From Pelomyxa schiedti (taxonomy: Eukaryota; Protista; Evosea): a DNA stretch of 64,000 bases. The notes below the pieces were generated by a model. That model saw only the letters and a list, made by a program, of their open reading frames with translations. It was not told where the DNA came from and ran no database searches. The stretch covers positions 11,311 to 75,310 of the forward strand of contig JAHLWZ010000849.1 in assembly GCA_020536535.1 (NCBI GenBank), written 5' to 3'. The first letter of the stretch is position 1. Every line of letters begins with the position of its first letter. The translations under genes and the position numbers were made by a program. Below, piece by piece: positions 51,549-62,426 of the stretch.

Positions 51549-53663
51549 ATGGCCGCGCAACCTCCGAGGCAGCCCCCCCTGCGCCCGCCGGTGAACAGCG
51601 GGGTGGTCGGCAGCGACCCCAGCTCGATGTCGCTGTTCCCGGCGGTGCCGCTGGACCGCGTCGCGAGCCCGCCCCCGCCGGGCCCCGCGCCCCCGCCCTC
51701 CCTCATGCAGCGAGAGAAGGAGCGCGAGAAGGAGAGGGAGAAGGAGAGGGAACGGGAGGAGAGAAGGGAGAGGGAGGCGGCCAAGGAGAGGGAGAGGGAG
51801 CGAGAAAGGGCGGACAAGGCGGAAAGGGAAAGGGAGAGGGAGGCGGCCAAGGAGAGGGAGAGGGAGCGAGAAAGGGCGGAGAAGGCCGAAAGGAGGCAGC
51901 ACCGCGACGGTAAGGACAGTGACAAGGACAAGACAGGAGTAAGTGACAACAAATCCAAGACCGACCACAAACACGGACATGGCGGCGGCAGCAGCGGCGG
52001 CGGCGGCGGCAGCACCAAACATAGTAGTAGTAGCAATAGCAGCAGCCAGAGGAACAGTGACAGCGGTTATTCCACCGCTGTTACTAATACATCCTCGTAT
52101 ACCTCGCATTCCCAGCCCCGCAGCAGCAGCAGTAGCAGTAGCAGCAGCAGTACCGCAGCGAGAATCCCCGGCGCCCAACCCGCCCACTCCCACCCACTAG
52201 AGCCTGATACTACTCACTCAGGCTCAAGCAGCAAGCGGGGTGCTTCTTCTTCATCATCAACCTCTGGAGGGGGCAGTAGAACTACGCAGGCGACGGGAAG
52301 CGGCGTGGGGCCACTGAACTTGGCATCGGCCCCTCCACAGGAGTTCCTGGAGTCTGTGCATAGGGAAGTTTGGCGTGATATTGCAACGATGTTGGCGGAA
52401 GAGGGAGGGGAGGAATTGGCAGTGAAGCTGCAGGACAAGATTAGGATTAAGCTGGATGCAATCAGGCAAGCCTACGTTTTGGCGCCAGAAGTGGTCCGTG
52501 AGGTGAGGTCAACTTCCGCGCCTTATTCGCGGAGAGCTGCTGGAAATGCTATCATTTATGATCTTCTAGACAGCGAAGCACAGAATGTCGACAAGGGAGT
52601 GGAGGATTTGAGAAATTGGGTGGCGAGGCACCAGCAGGAAGAGGAGAGGCACCTCCGACAGAAGGAATTAGAGGAGAAAACTATAAAAGACTTGGAGGAA
52701 AGGCTGGCACAGGCCAAGCTTCGACTAGCTGAAGAGAAAAAGCTTTGCGAGGACTTCAAGATGAAAAGAGTCGAAGCAGAGGCAATGGTACATGTACAAT
52801 CGGCAAAAGCTGCCCTCCTAAGAGCAGACCTAGCGCCTACCCTTACTGCACTGAAAACCGCACTTGACGAACGCGGTTCCATTGAGACCAAGGCTAGAGC
52901 CAAGTCTCTCACGGAATTCTCTGTACCTGATATCGGAATTCTTCTACGTGAACTGGGCTTGGTCAAGCATGTACAGGAGTTTTCCCGCACTGAGACTGAT
53001 GGGCACGTTTTAGACCTTATGGTCCGGGACGATATGTGCAGGGAGAACGGCGTTACTGAGCTTAATGAACGAAAGGCACTCTCCCATGCAGTTTTTCTTA
53101 TAAAATCTACAGGAAAAATTCGCGCACCACCTCCTATGGATGTAAGCGGAAGCGGATTTGGCGTGGACAACCCGGTTCTGCAGCTTCCTCACTTTTCTCC
53201 CCAGCAGCTCGTGGCTTGGCTGGAAAACCGTGATCAAGCTGATCAAACGAGAGCACACGCCAGCAAATTCCGCGATATACCGGGCTTTGCCTTCCTCCAC
53301 CTCAACATGAAGGACCTCGACGAGATCATCCCTGGTGTTCCCAGCGTCACAGTCAAAATTCACTTCCAGGACCTCATTGACAAATCCCGGCAGAGAATCA
53401 TGGATGCCTACCTGAATGTCCCCGATAACCTAGCCGCCGCCAATGTTTCCCCTCAGTGGCTGTGTTCCCTCACTGGTAACATAATGGAGGTACCGGAAGT
53501 AGCCAAGGATGGATTTGTCTATGAAAGAGGAGTCACTGCCACACTCACACAAAGTCCCATCACACTACAACCTTGGAAAGAGACCCCCTCCTGCCTGCCA
53601 TGGACCAGCACAATATTGAAAACCCTTCTCGAGAACTGGAAAGCCGAAAACTCCTACTCATGA
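51549..53663 (+). CDS. Intronless low-complexity/coiled-coil-SAM-SAM-U-box-like protein (paralogue 1)
   Basis: SAM1 'FSVPDIGILLRELGLVKHVQEFSRTETDGHVL'. SAM2 'FSPQQLVAWLE...IPGFAFLHLNMKDL'. U-box 'WLCSLTGNIMEVPEVAKDGFVYER..SPITLQP..LKTLLENW'. Confidence 0.8.
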   Translation: MAAQPPRQPPLRPPVNSGVVGSDPSSMSLFPAVPLDRVASPPPPGPAPPPSLMQREKEREKEREKEREREERREREAAKERERERERADKAEREREREAAKERERERERAEKAERRQHRDGKDSDKDKTGVSDNKSKTDHKHGHGGGSSGGGGGSTKHSSSSNSSSQRNSDSGYSTAVTNTSSYTSHSQPRSSSSSSSSSSTAARIPGAQPAHSHPLEPDTTHSGSSSKRGASSSSSTSGGGSRTTQATGSGVGPLNLASAPPQEFLESVHREVWRDIATMLAEEGGEELAVKLQDKIRIKLDAIRQAYVLAPEVVREVRSTSAPYSRRAAGNAIIYDLLDSEAQNVDKGVEDLRNWVARHQQEEERHLRQKELEEKTIKDLEERLAQAKLRLAEEKKLCEDFKMKRVEAEAMVHVQSAKAALLRADLAPTLTALKTALDERGSIETKARAKSLTEFSVPDIGILLRELGLVKHVQEFSRTETDGHVLDLMVRDDMCRENGVTELNERKALSHAVFLIKSTGKIRAPPPMDVSGSGFGVDNPVLQLPHFSPQQLVAWLENRDQADQTRAHASKFRDIPGFAFLHLNMKDLDEIIPGVPSVTVKIHFQDLIDKSRQRIMDAYLNVPDNLAAANVSPQWLCSLTGNIMEVPEVAKDGFVYERGVTATLTQSPITLQPWKETPSCLPWTSTILKTLLENWKAENSYS
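51764..51893 (+). repeat. 66-bp tandem duplication in an ER/EK-rich charged helix
   Basis: 'EREAAKERERERERA(D/E)KAER' occurs twice with a 66-nt period. Confidence 0.85.
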
Positions 53664-54059
53664 AAAATCCGGGGGTGCGTACTCCTCATTCTCCTTTCTT
53701 TGTTAAACAAACTTTTGTAGAAGAACCGTGCGAAGCTTCGATCTCATAGTGAATCTGGTTCGCGTGCACCCTTTTGGATGGAGCCAGAAAGTACCAGCGC
53801 ATGGTACTTTCCAATAGATGCACATCTGAACACCCTGAACCATTGTCTCTGTGCCAGCCATAAATCACTTGGTTGATACTTCGCCAAACGCTACCGGAAA
53901 ACCAAACAACTTTTTTTTATTGGACTTGTTTAGTTTCTGTTCCACATAGGTGGAATGTATTGTGTTTTATGCATAGCTAGTATCTCCATTGTTTCAGCCA
54001 CGTGATGTATTCCGGGCAACTGAGTTGTGTTAGAGAGATTTTGGAAAAGGAGAAACACA

Positions 54060-56449
54060 CTAAGTGGGAAATGGAGTTGGTGTTGCCCCAAGAGAAATCA
54101 ATAATTCTTTTGAAACATCGTCATTACGAACTGCAGCATAGTGGTATGCAGTGAACCCATTACCATCCTTAGCCTCTATATCCACATCCAGTGATGCCTC
54201 CTGGATAAATTTGAGACAAGAAACAAAAAGAGACCAACAAACCTGAATATCGGATAAATTGGATCTAAGTACCGCTGTGTGCAAATCTGTCCTTGGAAAT
54301 TGGCTGACATTGAAATGACGTTGTCCTAAAAGCTTAGCAGTGTCCCAAAGTGTTCGACCATAGCCTATTTAACAGTGAAAGGAAAGTGTAATATTTTGTG
54401 CTTCATACCATCCATTTGCATGCGTGAATACCTACAAGCCACCAAACTGTCAAAGGCTCTTTGGTGGTGTTTTGGCTCTTGGACAAGATAATCAACGCAG
54501 GCATAAAATAAACTCCGGATACATACTGCCAGAAGGTTATAGGGTATAAATGAGGAGTATACATATTGGAGGAGGTGCACAGCACGGAATGTTTAGGAAC
54601 TCTGATTGGTCTTCCTCAACAGGAATGTGCACGCATGTGGAGCACAAAGCTGTAGTTTCCACGTGGCTTAGATGTGTTGCTTCTTCTGAAGTTGAAATAT
54701 TGGAATACCTGATATGCAGACGAATATACTTGGCACCTGTAAACCTTGGTTTGTGGCAAAGGGCGCATTTGAAGCCAATATTTCTCCATGTGTCTAAAGA
54801 TGATTTGTCCAAAAAAACAGAACTCTCAAAGACCTGGTGGAGGCAGATAGAAAAAAGCACTGAGGTGATGGGTTGGTTCTAGAACCCACTGACATACACC
54901 AATGAATAAAGAACAAGGAAGGGCCTTGAAGACAGATAGTCTACCTAGATACTGTGGGTTAGGGGGTGGGGTACGTTTCACAAACCTAGCCGCTGGTGCT
55001 TTATTGAGCAAAAAATCCGAGCTTCTTTCACTGACTGCTCATAAGCTCTAATGACAGTGTTCCAAATATCAAGTGCCATTTCAGGTTGCCCGCTTCTAAG
55101 CGCTACTAATAAACTAGATGGATGGATAGCAGGTTTTAATGCGTCAAGCACTGCTTGGCATAAAGATCGTCTGTTATGAAGCAGCGCTTGCTGCAGACAT
55201 TCTGTGGCTTGGCTTGGAGACAAATTCAAAAATTGAAACATTTTTTTGTAATCATCCACTGAAACACAACCCGGAAATTGTAATAGTAATGTTGCTCTTG
55301 CATTTTCTGGAAGCTTGGCGCCCAAACTGAGTAAATCTAATACAACTTGAGGATTTGAAGCTGCAGAGATAAGTGGGTGTTCTCCTTTGGAATCTAGAGT
55401 GTTTATATCAACTCCATACTTTTGCACAAGGTGCAGTAAAATATCCCTTGAATCAGAGGTACAAGCAAGATGGAAAAGTTCATCCAGTTGTTGATGAGGT
55501 AAATCAGGGCAAGCGTTATAAAGAATATCAAATAACACAGTGCTCTTCTGCAAAACAGCGGAGGCAATTGGAGTTGTTCCCTTGTTTGTTGGAACCCACA
55601 AGGTGCTTGTTCCCTGTGAAGTTGATAGCAATCGTGTGATTACTGGGATATGCAAGCCCTGACAGGCAACAAAGAGTGGTGTTTTTCCGTCAATATTTTT
55701 TATTGTAATGTGATATGGATCCACATGATTCTGGGGTGCCACATTCCCATGTTGAAATGGATGAGGTACTGCAGAAAGAAGAATGTCAACAATTGAGAGG
55801 TTTCCATCTCTGCAAGCAATAAAAATAGCTGTACAACAACTGGAATCTTTCTGTGAAGTGTCCACAAGCAAGCCCATACACGAGTCAGGTTTGAGGTTTC
55901 CCCCACATCTGGTCCCAAAAAATACGTGATTTCAAACTCCATAATCACGCGGGTGTGCATGGATTGTTTAATTTCTGTAAGTAGTAACTACATGCTAGAA
56001 ACACACCCACAAGTTGCACCCCACGTAATCAAGTGCCTGACAATATTGTCTTTTCCTGTTCGGCAAGCAAGAAGCAGAGGCGTAAATCCGGGACCTGAGT
56101 CGTTTGCTACCTGACGAGCCACGCTAAGCGGAGAAGAGGAAGAACCAGACGAAGACGCGACCGCCGCGTCGAGAACAGCTGATACGACAGGAAGGCTTCC
56201 GGAAGAGATCGCAGCGTGTAGTGGAGTGTTGTGCGTATGCGGGTCACGGAAACTAGTCACGAGATCTGACAGTGAAACAGCACTACTAGTAGGAGGCGTA
56301 GCCGCAGATACACCGCCACCTTTCGACAGATTCGGTACCTGCTGCTGCAATGCCAACACCTCGTTGATTAACACTTTGACAGTGTCGATGTCGCCATTTG
56401 CGCACGCTTCGTAGAATCGTCCGGGCAACGAATCCTTCCTGTCACTCAT
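54060..56449 (-). CDS. Ankyrin-repeat protein with a degenerate ZZ-like zinc finger; multi-exon
   Basis: Ankyrin repeats 'NTPLHAAISSG', 'GFTPLLLACRTG', 'GKTPLFVACQG', 'GFTAYHYAAVR'. ZZ-like 'FKCALCHKPRFTGAKY...LCSTC'. Confidence 0.8.
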
Positions 56450-56709
56450 TTCGCTTTTTTTTGAAGGGAGATAACAGTGATGGCTCCTGATGGCTCGGTA
56501 ATTTCCTGATTCCGGAACCCCACAGAGGAGAGATGTCGGAGTAGAATGTTTGGAAGCCTGAATCCGTTTTCGGGGATTCAGTTCTGGGCTGGACTCACTT
56601 GGGACCCAAGTAATTTTAGGACAGGCCCAACTTGATTATCCGCAACAACGTGTCATTGCCTGTTGGTGTTTATCCACCCCAAAAAAGACAGCAGCCGCAC
56701 AAGGAACGA

Positions 56710-58674
56710 ATGACGTACCGGCCGTTCAAGCCCCTGATGGTGCATCCCGCCGCGGCCCCGATTTCCATCGTCCCCACCACCGCGGCTCTCCACCCCTCGC
56801 CCCACGTCGTCGTCGCCGCGCATCCAATTCCCTGCCCCGCGGCCTCCACATCGCCCCCGGGCGCCGCGCCTCTGTACGCCTCGCCGCACCCCTCCCCCGT
56901 CCCCTCTCCCTCGCCGTCCCCACCCCCTCCCCACGCCACCACGCCCCCGCCCAACATCGTCACGGCTCGCACCAACACCCCGTCGCCGTCGAACACTCCC
57001 GGCCTCAGCACGTCCGGCAGCGGGGGTGTTGTTGGCTGCGGCGGCGGCGGCGGCGGCGGGTGCGCGTACATCTCGGCCCCATCGGGCTCGGGCACGGGCA
57101 CGGGAACGGGGTCGGGGTCGGGATCGGCAACTGGATCGTCGGGATTCGGGTGCGGATCGGGCTCGGGCATCGGCTTGGGCTCGGGCGCAGCAGCTTCTGG
57201 CTCGGAACCGAGCTCCCCTTCCAGTTCCGGACACGGCTTTCCCTTTGGCCTTCCCTTGCATTCCTCTGGGGGGGGCGTCAATCATGGTTCCGGAACTGTT
57301 ACCATTACTGGGGGAACTGGGACTAGTACAGGGGCGGGGCGAAGCTGCTCTTCACCTCCCCCGACGGCGAAATTGGCAATTGCTAGACCGCTGTCACAAA
57401 TACTGCCGCTGGTGGAACAGGAAATTTCGGCTCTTTCTGAACCAACCAGCCCGCTGGATGAGCAAAGGCGCCAGGTGGAGTGTCGGAAACAATCGCTATC
57501 TGGCCACATTTTCGACCCTTTGCGCCACCCTTCGCTGTCTCCCTCCTTTAAGGCTGCAGGAAATGCCGCTGTGGTTGACATTTTGCAAGTGCACCACACG
57601 CAACTGCAGAGTGAACAATTAGTCCACGAGAAGAAGTCTGTACAGCTGGCCTCGGAAGAAGAAGAGCTTGAGAGAAGGGCCACGGCCACGGCAAACGAGA
57701 TGGAGAGGCTTAGGTTACTTCTTGCGCAAACTACGGCAGCGCATGAACAGCTCGTTTCTCAACGAGAACAAGCTGAGAAAATGAAAACGCAGGAAAAAGC
57801 ACTTGCGGCCTTAAAGAAGGAGAAGGCGATAGTATTGGAGCAAGCCAGAGTATCAGCAATGAAAGAGATGGAGGAGAACATTAAGCTACTTGATAGCCTT
57901 CACGCAAAAGCCAGGACCCACCTGCTACAGAACCTCACTTGTGAGGATGTATGCACTTTACTTCTCGAAATCAAACTGCACCATCACGTACAAAGCTTCG
58001 CCAGGAATGCGATAGATGGAATAATGCTCTACCACATAACAAGTTGTGTCACAGAACTCCCATTACTTGGGGTCAGTGATATTGTCGACCAAAAGATGCT
58101 TTGCCATGCGTGCTTTACGGTGATGGTGGCAGGGCGTGTTATTGCTCCACCTCTCCTAGAAGGTCGCGATTGTGCCACCACGAACAACGACCTCAATTTC
58201 GCCACCTTTTCTCAAAAGGAGGTTATTTCATGGCTTGGGAAACAGAGAGATATTGGTGTGCAAACCAAACAACTCGAAGGGTTACCGGGGTTTGTCATTT
58301 TGCACCTCAGTGCCACTGAGCTCCACAGCATGAAAGTTGGCAATCCCATCCAGTGTTCACTCCTAGCAGAAAGAATCGAGGCTATTAGGAGCCTCATCAT
58401 GGATGCATACACTGCGTCCGCAGCGACGTTGGAATTATCCGGCACCACCGAAATACCCCCGGGCTCTCTTACATGCTCCAAAACCGGCAAGCTTATGACA
58501 TCGCCTGTGATTGAGCGCGATGGATTTGTGTATGAACAAGGTGTAGTTACAAAGGAAACCAAAGTGTCTCCTCTCACAAATCAAGAATGGGGCACAAGTG
58601 ACAAGTTCCTTCCACACCAAAGTGAGACTTGGAAGGCAAGGATAGGGAAGTGGATGGAGAACAACAATTGCTAG
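56710..58674 (+). CDS. Intronless low-complexity/coiled-coil-SAM-SAM-U-box-like protein (paralogue 2)
   Basis: SAM1 'LTCEDVCTLLLEIKLHHHVQSFARNAIDGIML'. SAM2 'FSQKEVISWLG..LPGFVILHLSATEL'. U-box 'LTCSKTGKLMTSPVIERDGFVYEQ..SPLTNQE'. It is collinear with paralogue 1 (shared 'IMDAY', 'DGFVYE'). Confidence 0.8.
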   Translation: MTYRPFKPLMVHPAAAPISIVPTTAALHPSPHVVVAAHPIPCPAASTSPPGAAPLYASPHPSPVPSPSPSPPPPHATTPPPNIVTARTNTPSPSNTPGLSTSGSGGVVGCGGGGGGGCAYISAPSGSGTGTGTGSGSGSATGSSGFGCGSGSGIGLGSGAAASGSEPSSPSSSGHGFPFGLPLHSSGGGVNHGSGTVTITGGTGTSTGAGRSCSSPPPTAKLAIARPLSQILPLVEQEISALSEPTSPLDEQRRQVECRKQSLSGHIFDPLRHPSLSPSFKAAGNAAVVDILQVHHTQLQSEQLVHEKKSVQLASEEEELERRATATANEMERLRLLLAQTTAAHEQLVSQREQAEKMKTQEKALAALKKEKAIVLEQARVSAMKEMEENIKLLDSLHAKARTHLLQNLTCEDVCTLLLEIKLHHHVQSFARNAIDGIMLYHITSCVTELPLLGVSDIVDQKMLCHACFTVMVAGRVIAPPLLEGRDCATTNNDLNFATFSQKEVISWLGKQRDIGVQTKQLEGLPGFVILHLSATELHSMKVGNPIQCSLLAERIEAIRSLIMDAYTASAATLELSGTTEIPPGSLTCSKTGKLMTSPVIERDGFVYEQGVVTKETKVSPLTNQEWGTSDKFLPHQSETWKARIGKWMENNNC

Positions 58675-58829
58675 GTGGTAGTGCATGTACATTCTGTTGT
58701 TTACAACAAGAAGCTTGTTTTGTTTTGATTACCGAAAAGGTTCTCCAAAAATTAGGAGATAACAGATGTGGGGTGTTCAATGAACAATACGAAGAAAAGG
58801 ACAACGAACAAAAAAAAAAAAGTTGATAC

Positions 58830-60041
58830 ATGTCTGAGTACGATTTCTTGTTCAAGTTCATTGTGATTGGAGATGCAGCGACAGGCAAGTCGTGTCTATT
58901 GCACAGATTCATCGAGGTTAGCATGTGTTTAGATTGTTGAAAATTGTTTCTTTTTTTTTCTTTAACTGACTGACTCCTTGCCCTGCAGAACAAATGTATA
59001 GAGCTCTTTCTTTATTTCGTTATTATTTTTTTGGTTTGTGGGAGGTTATCGATCTCACATATGTTCTATTTGTGATTCGATTGATGTCAAGTCAACAGAG
59101 AGTCCCAGCATACCATTGGTACGGGAACTTATTATGTACTTTGGTTTCAAATTCTCACTCAGTGCTCTTAGGTGTTGAGTTCGGTGCTAAAGTTGTGGAT
59201 GTAGGAGGCAAAAAAATCAAACTACAAATTTGGGTAATTAGTACTGCATTCAATAAACAACGTCTCATTTCCTCACATAAAACAGGACACAGCAGGCCAG
59301 GAACGCTTTAGGCACCTTCTCATTCTACTTCTGGTTTCCTCTTATTTAGTCTGTACAGATCAGTCACCCGCAGTTACTATAAAGGGGCTGCTGGTGCATT
59401 GTTAGTGTGCATTCCATTCTCTTTTATCATCCTTAGGCAAACAACCTCTAGGTTTATGATGTCACGAGGTATTGATACAAACTCGTACTGTCTATTCTAA
59501 CGATGCTTCTTGGGAACCATATTTTTCCTCACTACATTAAATACACAGTCGGGACAGTTACAACAATATATCCAGCTGGCTTAATGACGCCCGGTCTTTA
59601 TCCAATACCGACATCGTCATCATGCTCGTTGGAAACAAAACGGACCGCGCTGATGTATCCCCTTCTAGCCATTTTATCTGGAATTTACTTGCTTCTAGAG
59701 AGATGTGCAATTTCTTGAAGCAAGCCGCTTTAGTGAAGAGCACGGTATTTGTTTCCGTGTTGAGCATAAGTATCTCATTTCTACAGGTCTGATTTTTGTG
59801 GAAACGAGTGCCCTTACCGGTGATGGTGTGGAAGAAGTATTTTTGAAATGCGGTAGAACTATCCTCAGTAAAATAAACGACGGTAAGCCATACCCGGCTC
59901 CTCTTTATTACCCGGTTCCTATCTATCGATTACCATTCAACAGGCAAAATTGATCCTCTGAAATTGTCTGGAGTCCAGAAGGGCACTGTAACACCACTTC
60001 CACCCACACCCCCACCTAAGAACAATTCGGACTGTTGTTAA
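58830..60041 (+). CDS. RAB4: Rab4 GTPase, 11 exons
   Basis: Spliced product '[32 protein letters not shown]...TIGVEFG...[30 protein letters not shown]...GNKTD...[16 protein letters not shown]...DCC'. It has Rab4-type N-terminal and alpha5 signatures and a CC prenylation motif. Confidence 0.92.
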
Positions 60042-60096
60042 TTTCTTTTCTTTTTTTTGTCCCATAGTTCGCTTCACCGTTGTACACTTTGTAGTT

Positions 60097-61887
60097 TCAA
60101 GCAAACAAGAGTCTTCTCAGCAAATCTGTGGGAGAATCGACCAATTCTGAGCAGAGCAACTGTTTGTCTATCAACCATTGCATTGCGTCGTAATCGCATC
60201 CCTTCTTTATCAACTCCACAAGTACACCATCAATTTTGACGTCCTCGCGATAAACCTTTGAGGACTTCTCACCAGGGGGGGTCTGGTCACTGATTTTTCG
60301 AGCTCCGAAAAATTGTAGCAGCCCAGTGGCAACTTCATAGGTTGGTTTTCGAAGTACACGGCGTCGCGAGACGTCGTCTGGCAGTGACGCAATTTCTTTT
60401 TGAGTGAGCCCAAAGAGGTCCTCGTATAACTTGTGAATGTGCTTGGAAGTTGGCATCAACGCAGCAGCAAGCAAGTCTGTCAAAAGTCGCTCAATCTCGG
60501 GGTTGAATTCAGCAGGATGGGCCACCAACAGCTGGAAGATGTGAGAATTGTTGTGCGAACACACATTTTTGAGGATCGTTTTCACAAAGTCGGAGGGCAG
60601 TTTGTCGCTGGTGAGCCCCTTCCATTCGTTGTACAACTCTTTGAAAACGGAAAGAGCTTCAGTCGTGTTGAACTTTGCAACGCTGCACAGCATACAGGGC
60701 AGGCACTTCAGGAATTTATCGTCTCTTTGCCACAACCCAGGGCTCAGCAGGGTTCTGAGAATGCCCCATTGCCCATGAGCTGCGGCAGACTCCGCGATCA
60801 CAGCTTGCGTGAACGGAACCCAATTGTATTTTTGAAATTCCACATCTGATGGAAGCAAAGTCCAAAGGGACGTCTTCACAAAAGCTTCGCGCAGCATATT
60901 GCAAATTTCAGTGAAGTATTGTTGATTTCTGCACGCAGCACTCAATAAAAGGGTGCTCAAGGACAAGTTGAACGGGAAGCTTCCTCTCACGGATGTCTTG
61001 AGCAATAAGAGTTGGCAAATTTCGTGATTGCCTCCTGCTGCAGCGTTATGCAGGCTATTCATGAAGGGCTCTCTTGGGTCGTAATCATCAAATATCAGGA
61101 ACTTTTTAGACTTCTCAAAGATGACCTCAACCAGAGGAAGGGCCCCTGCGTAGCTTGCTATTTCAAGAAGTTCTCTGCGATAGTTGTGGGTTGTCATCAG
61201 GAGGCCAGTGTTGATGAGCTGTAGCAACCGGGTCAGTTTAGATTCAAACCTTGCCTTGTCTGCTTGATCTGTTGCACGTGACGCAGACCTCCAGGCAAGT
61301 GCAATGCCCATGCAGATGGCAACGTACAGGTTTCTGTTGCGACCGTCCTGTAGAAGCCTGGTTGGAAGCAACTCGTTCTGGTCACTGCTGTTGAATAACA
61401 CTCTGAACGGTGAATCTGACACCCATTCTTGAAGGAAATCAAACTGGCAATGTGAAATAGCAAAGTACAAGGCACCTGAGGTGTGATAGATGACTTAGGG
61501 CGGACTCAAATCTCACTTTACAAAAAAAAAAAAGGGAAAAAGAAAACCTGGAACGACGGCAGGAAAGAAACCAAACTGCTTTATGTAATCGCGAAGCAGA
61601 TTTCGTGCAGTGACAATGGAACCATGGCTGGCACAAGCGTTCATTATGTTCACGTTGCACTCAAGCCTCTTCTTAAGCCAACTGAGTGACAGTTTGGTCC
61701 CAAATGGGTAGAAGATATCCGCCATGATGGTGGCAAACCATATGTCAGGCTCGTCGTAGTGTTGGAGGTGCAAGGCAAGTGCTTTTTTGTTCCAACACAC
61801 CGAATTTCTTTTCCTTTTGCAACAGCGCAATACCGGCGCTGGTGATGCGGCCAGAGTTGGTGGTAATAAGGGTAGAACACTTGCCAT
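60097..61887 (-). CDS. Degenerate ankyrin-repeat/alpha-helical protein
   Basis: 457-aa ORF with 'LEIASYAGALPLVEVI', 'LHNAAAGGNHEICQLLL', 'AAAHGQWGILRTLL'. The upstream exon has 'ACASHGSIVTARNLL'. Confidence 0.6.
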
Positions 61888-61984
61888 AGCGCACCAAGTC
61901 CCACTCTATTGTCCCCCGATTACTCTTTGCCAAGAACAACCGGCAAACACAAACGACGAGAATTTTCTGTTTTTTTGTTCTGAA

Positions 61985-62156
61985 ATCCCACAATTCGGCA
62001 CACCGAGAAAAAACTGGTTTCTTAAGAAAACGCTCGGGGAGGAAACTTTGGATCCACCACGGCGAAGGAGTGTGACTTGTAGCGGCAACGTTGGTCCTGG
62101 GTCGGGTTCTGACTTCGTGGTGGTGTTCCATTCAAAATCACCCCCCCTTTTTTTTT
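61985..62156 (+). repeat. Local repeat element, copy A (~170 bp, CpG-retaining)
   Basis: Shares sequence with 62427-62534 (inverted), 62547-62597 (direct, 5' part) and 63681-63850 (inverted). Confidence 0.9.
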
Positions 62157-62426
62157 GTGGGGTGGTGTTGAGGAACTTGTTGGCTCTGGTGTCCACACCA
62201 CCAGGAGGGCTGTAGTGCAGAGTGGAGGTTAAAGAAAGTAGACCCTTAATCTTTGTTGGTTGGTTGGTGTTAAAGGGTTGGGTCTTGATGGTTGTCACAT
62301 CAGGAGATGGTTGTTCTTCCAGAGATCTCTTATGCATAATTTTACTGTTATCAAAGACTGAAAAATATAAATTTATTGGGGGGCACCCCAATAACAAGGT
62401 TGTTGTAGCAAAAAATCGGGGGTTTT

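Noticed and set aside
51431-52193. Long antisense ORFs over the U-box, TBC and synergin 5' exons (also 56653-57285)
   Set aside because: They are shadows of GC-rich low-complexity coding sequence that lacks stop codons.
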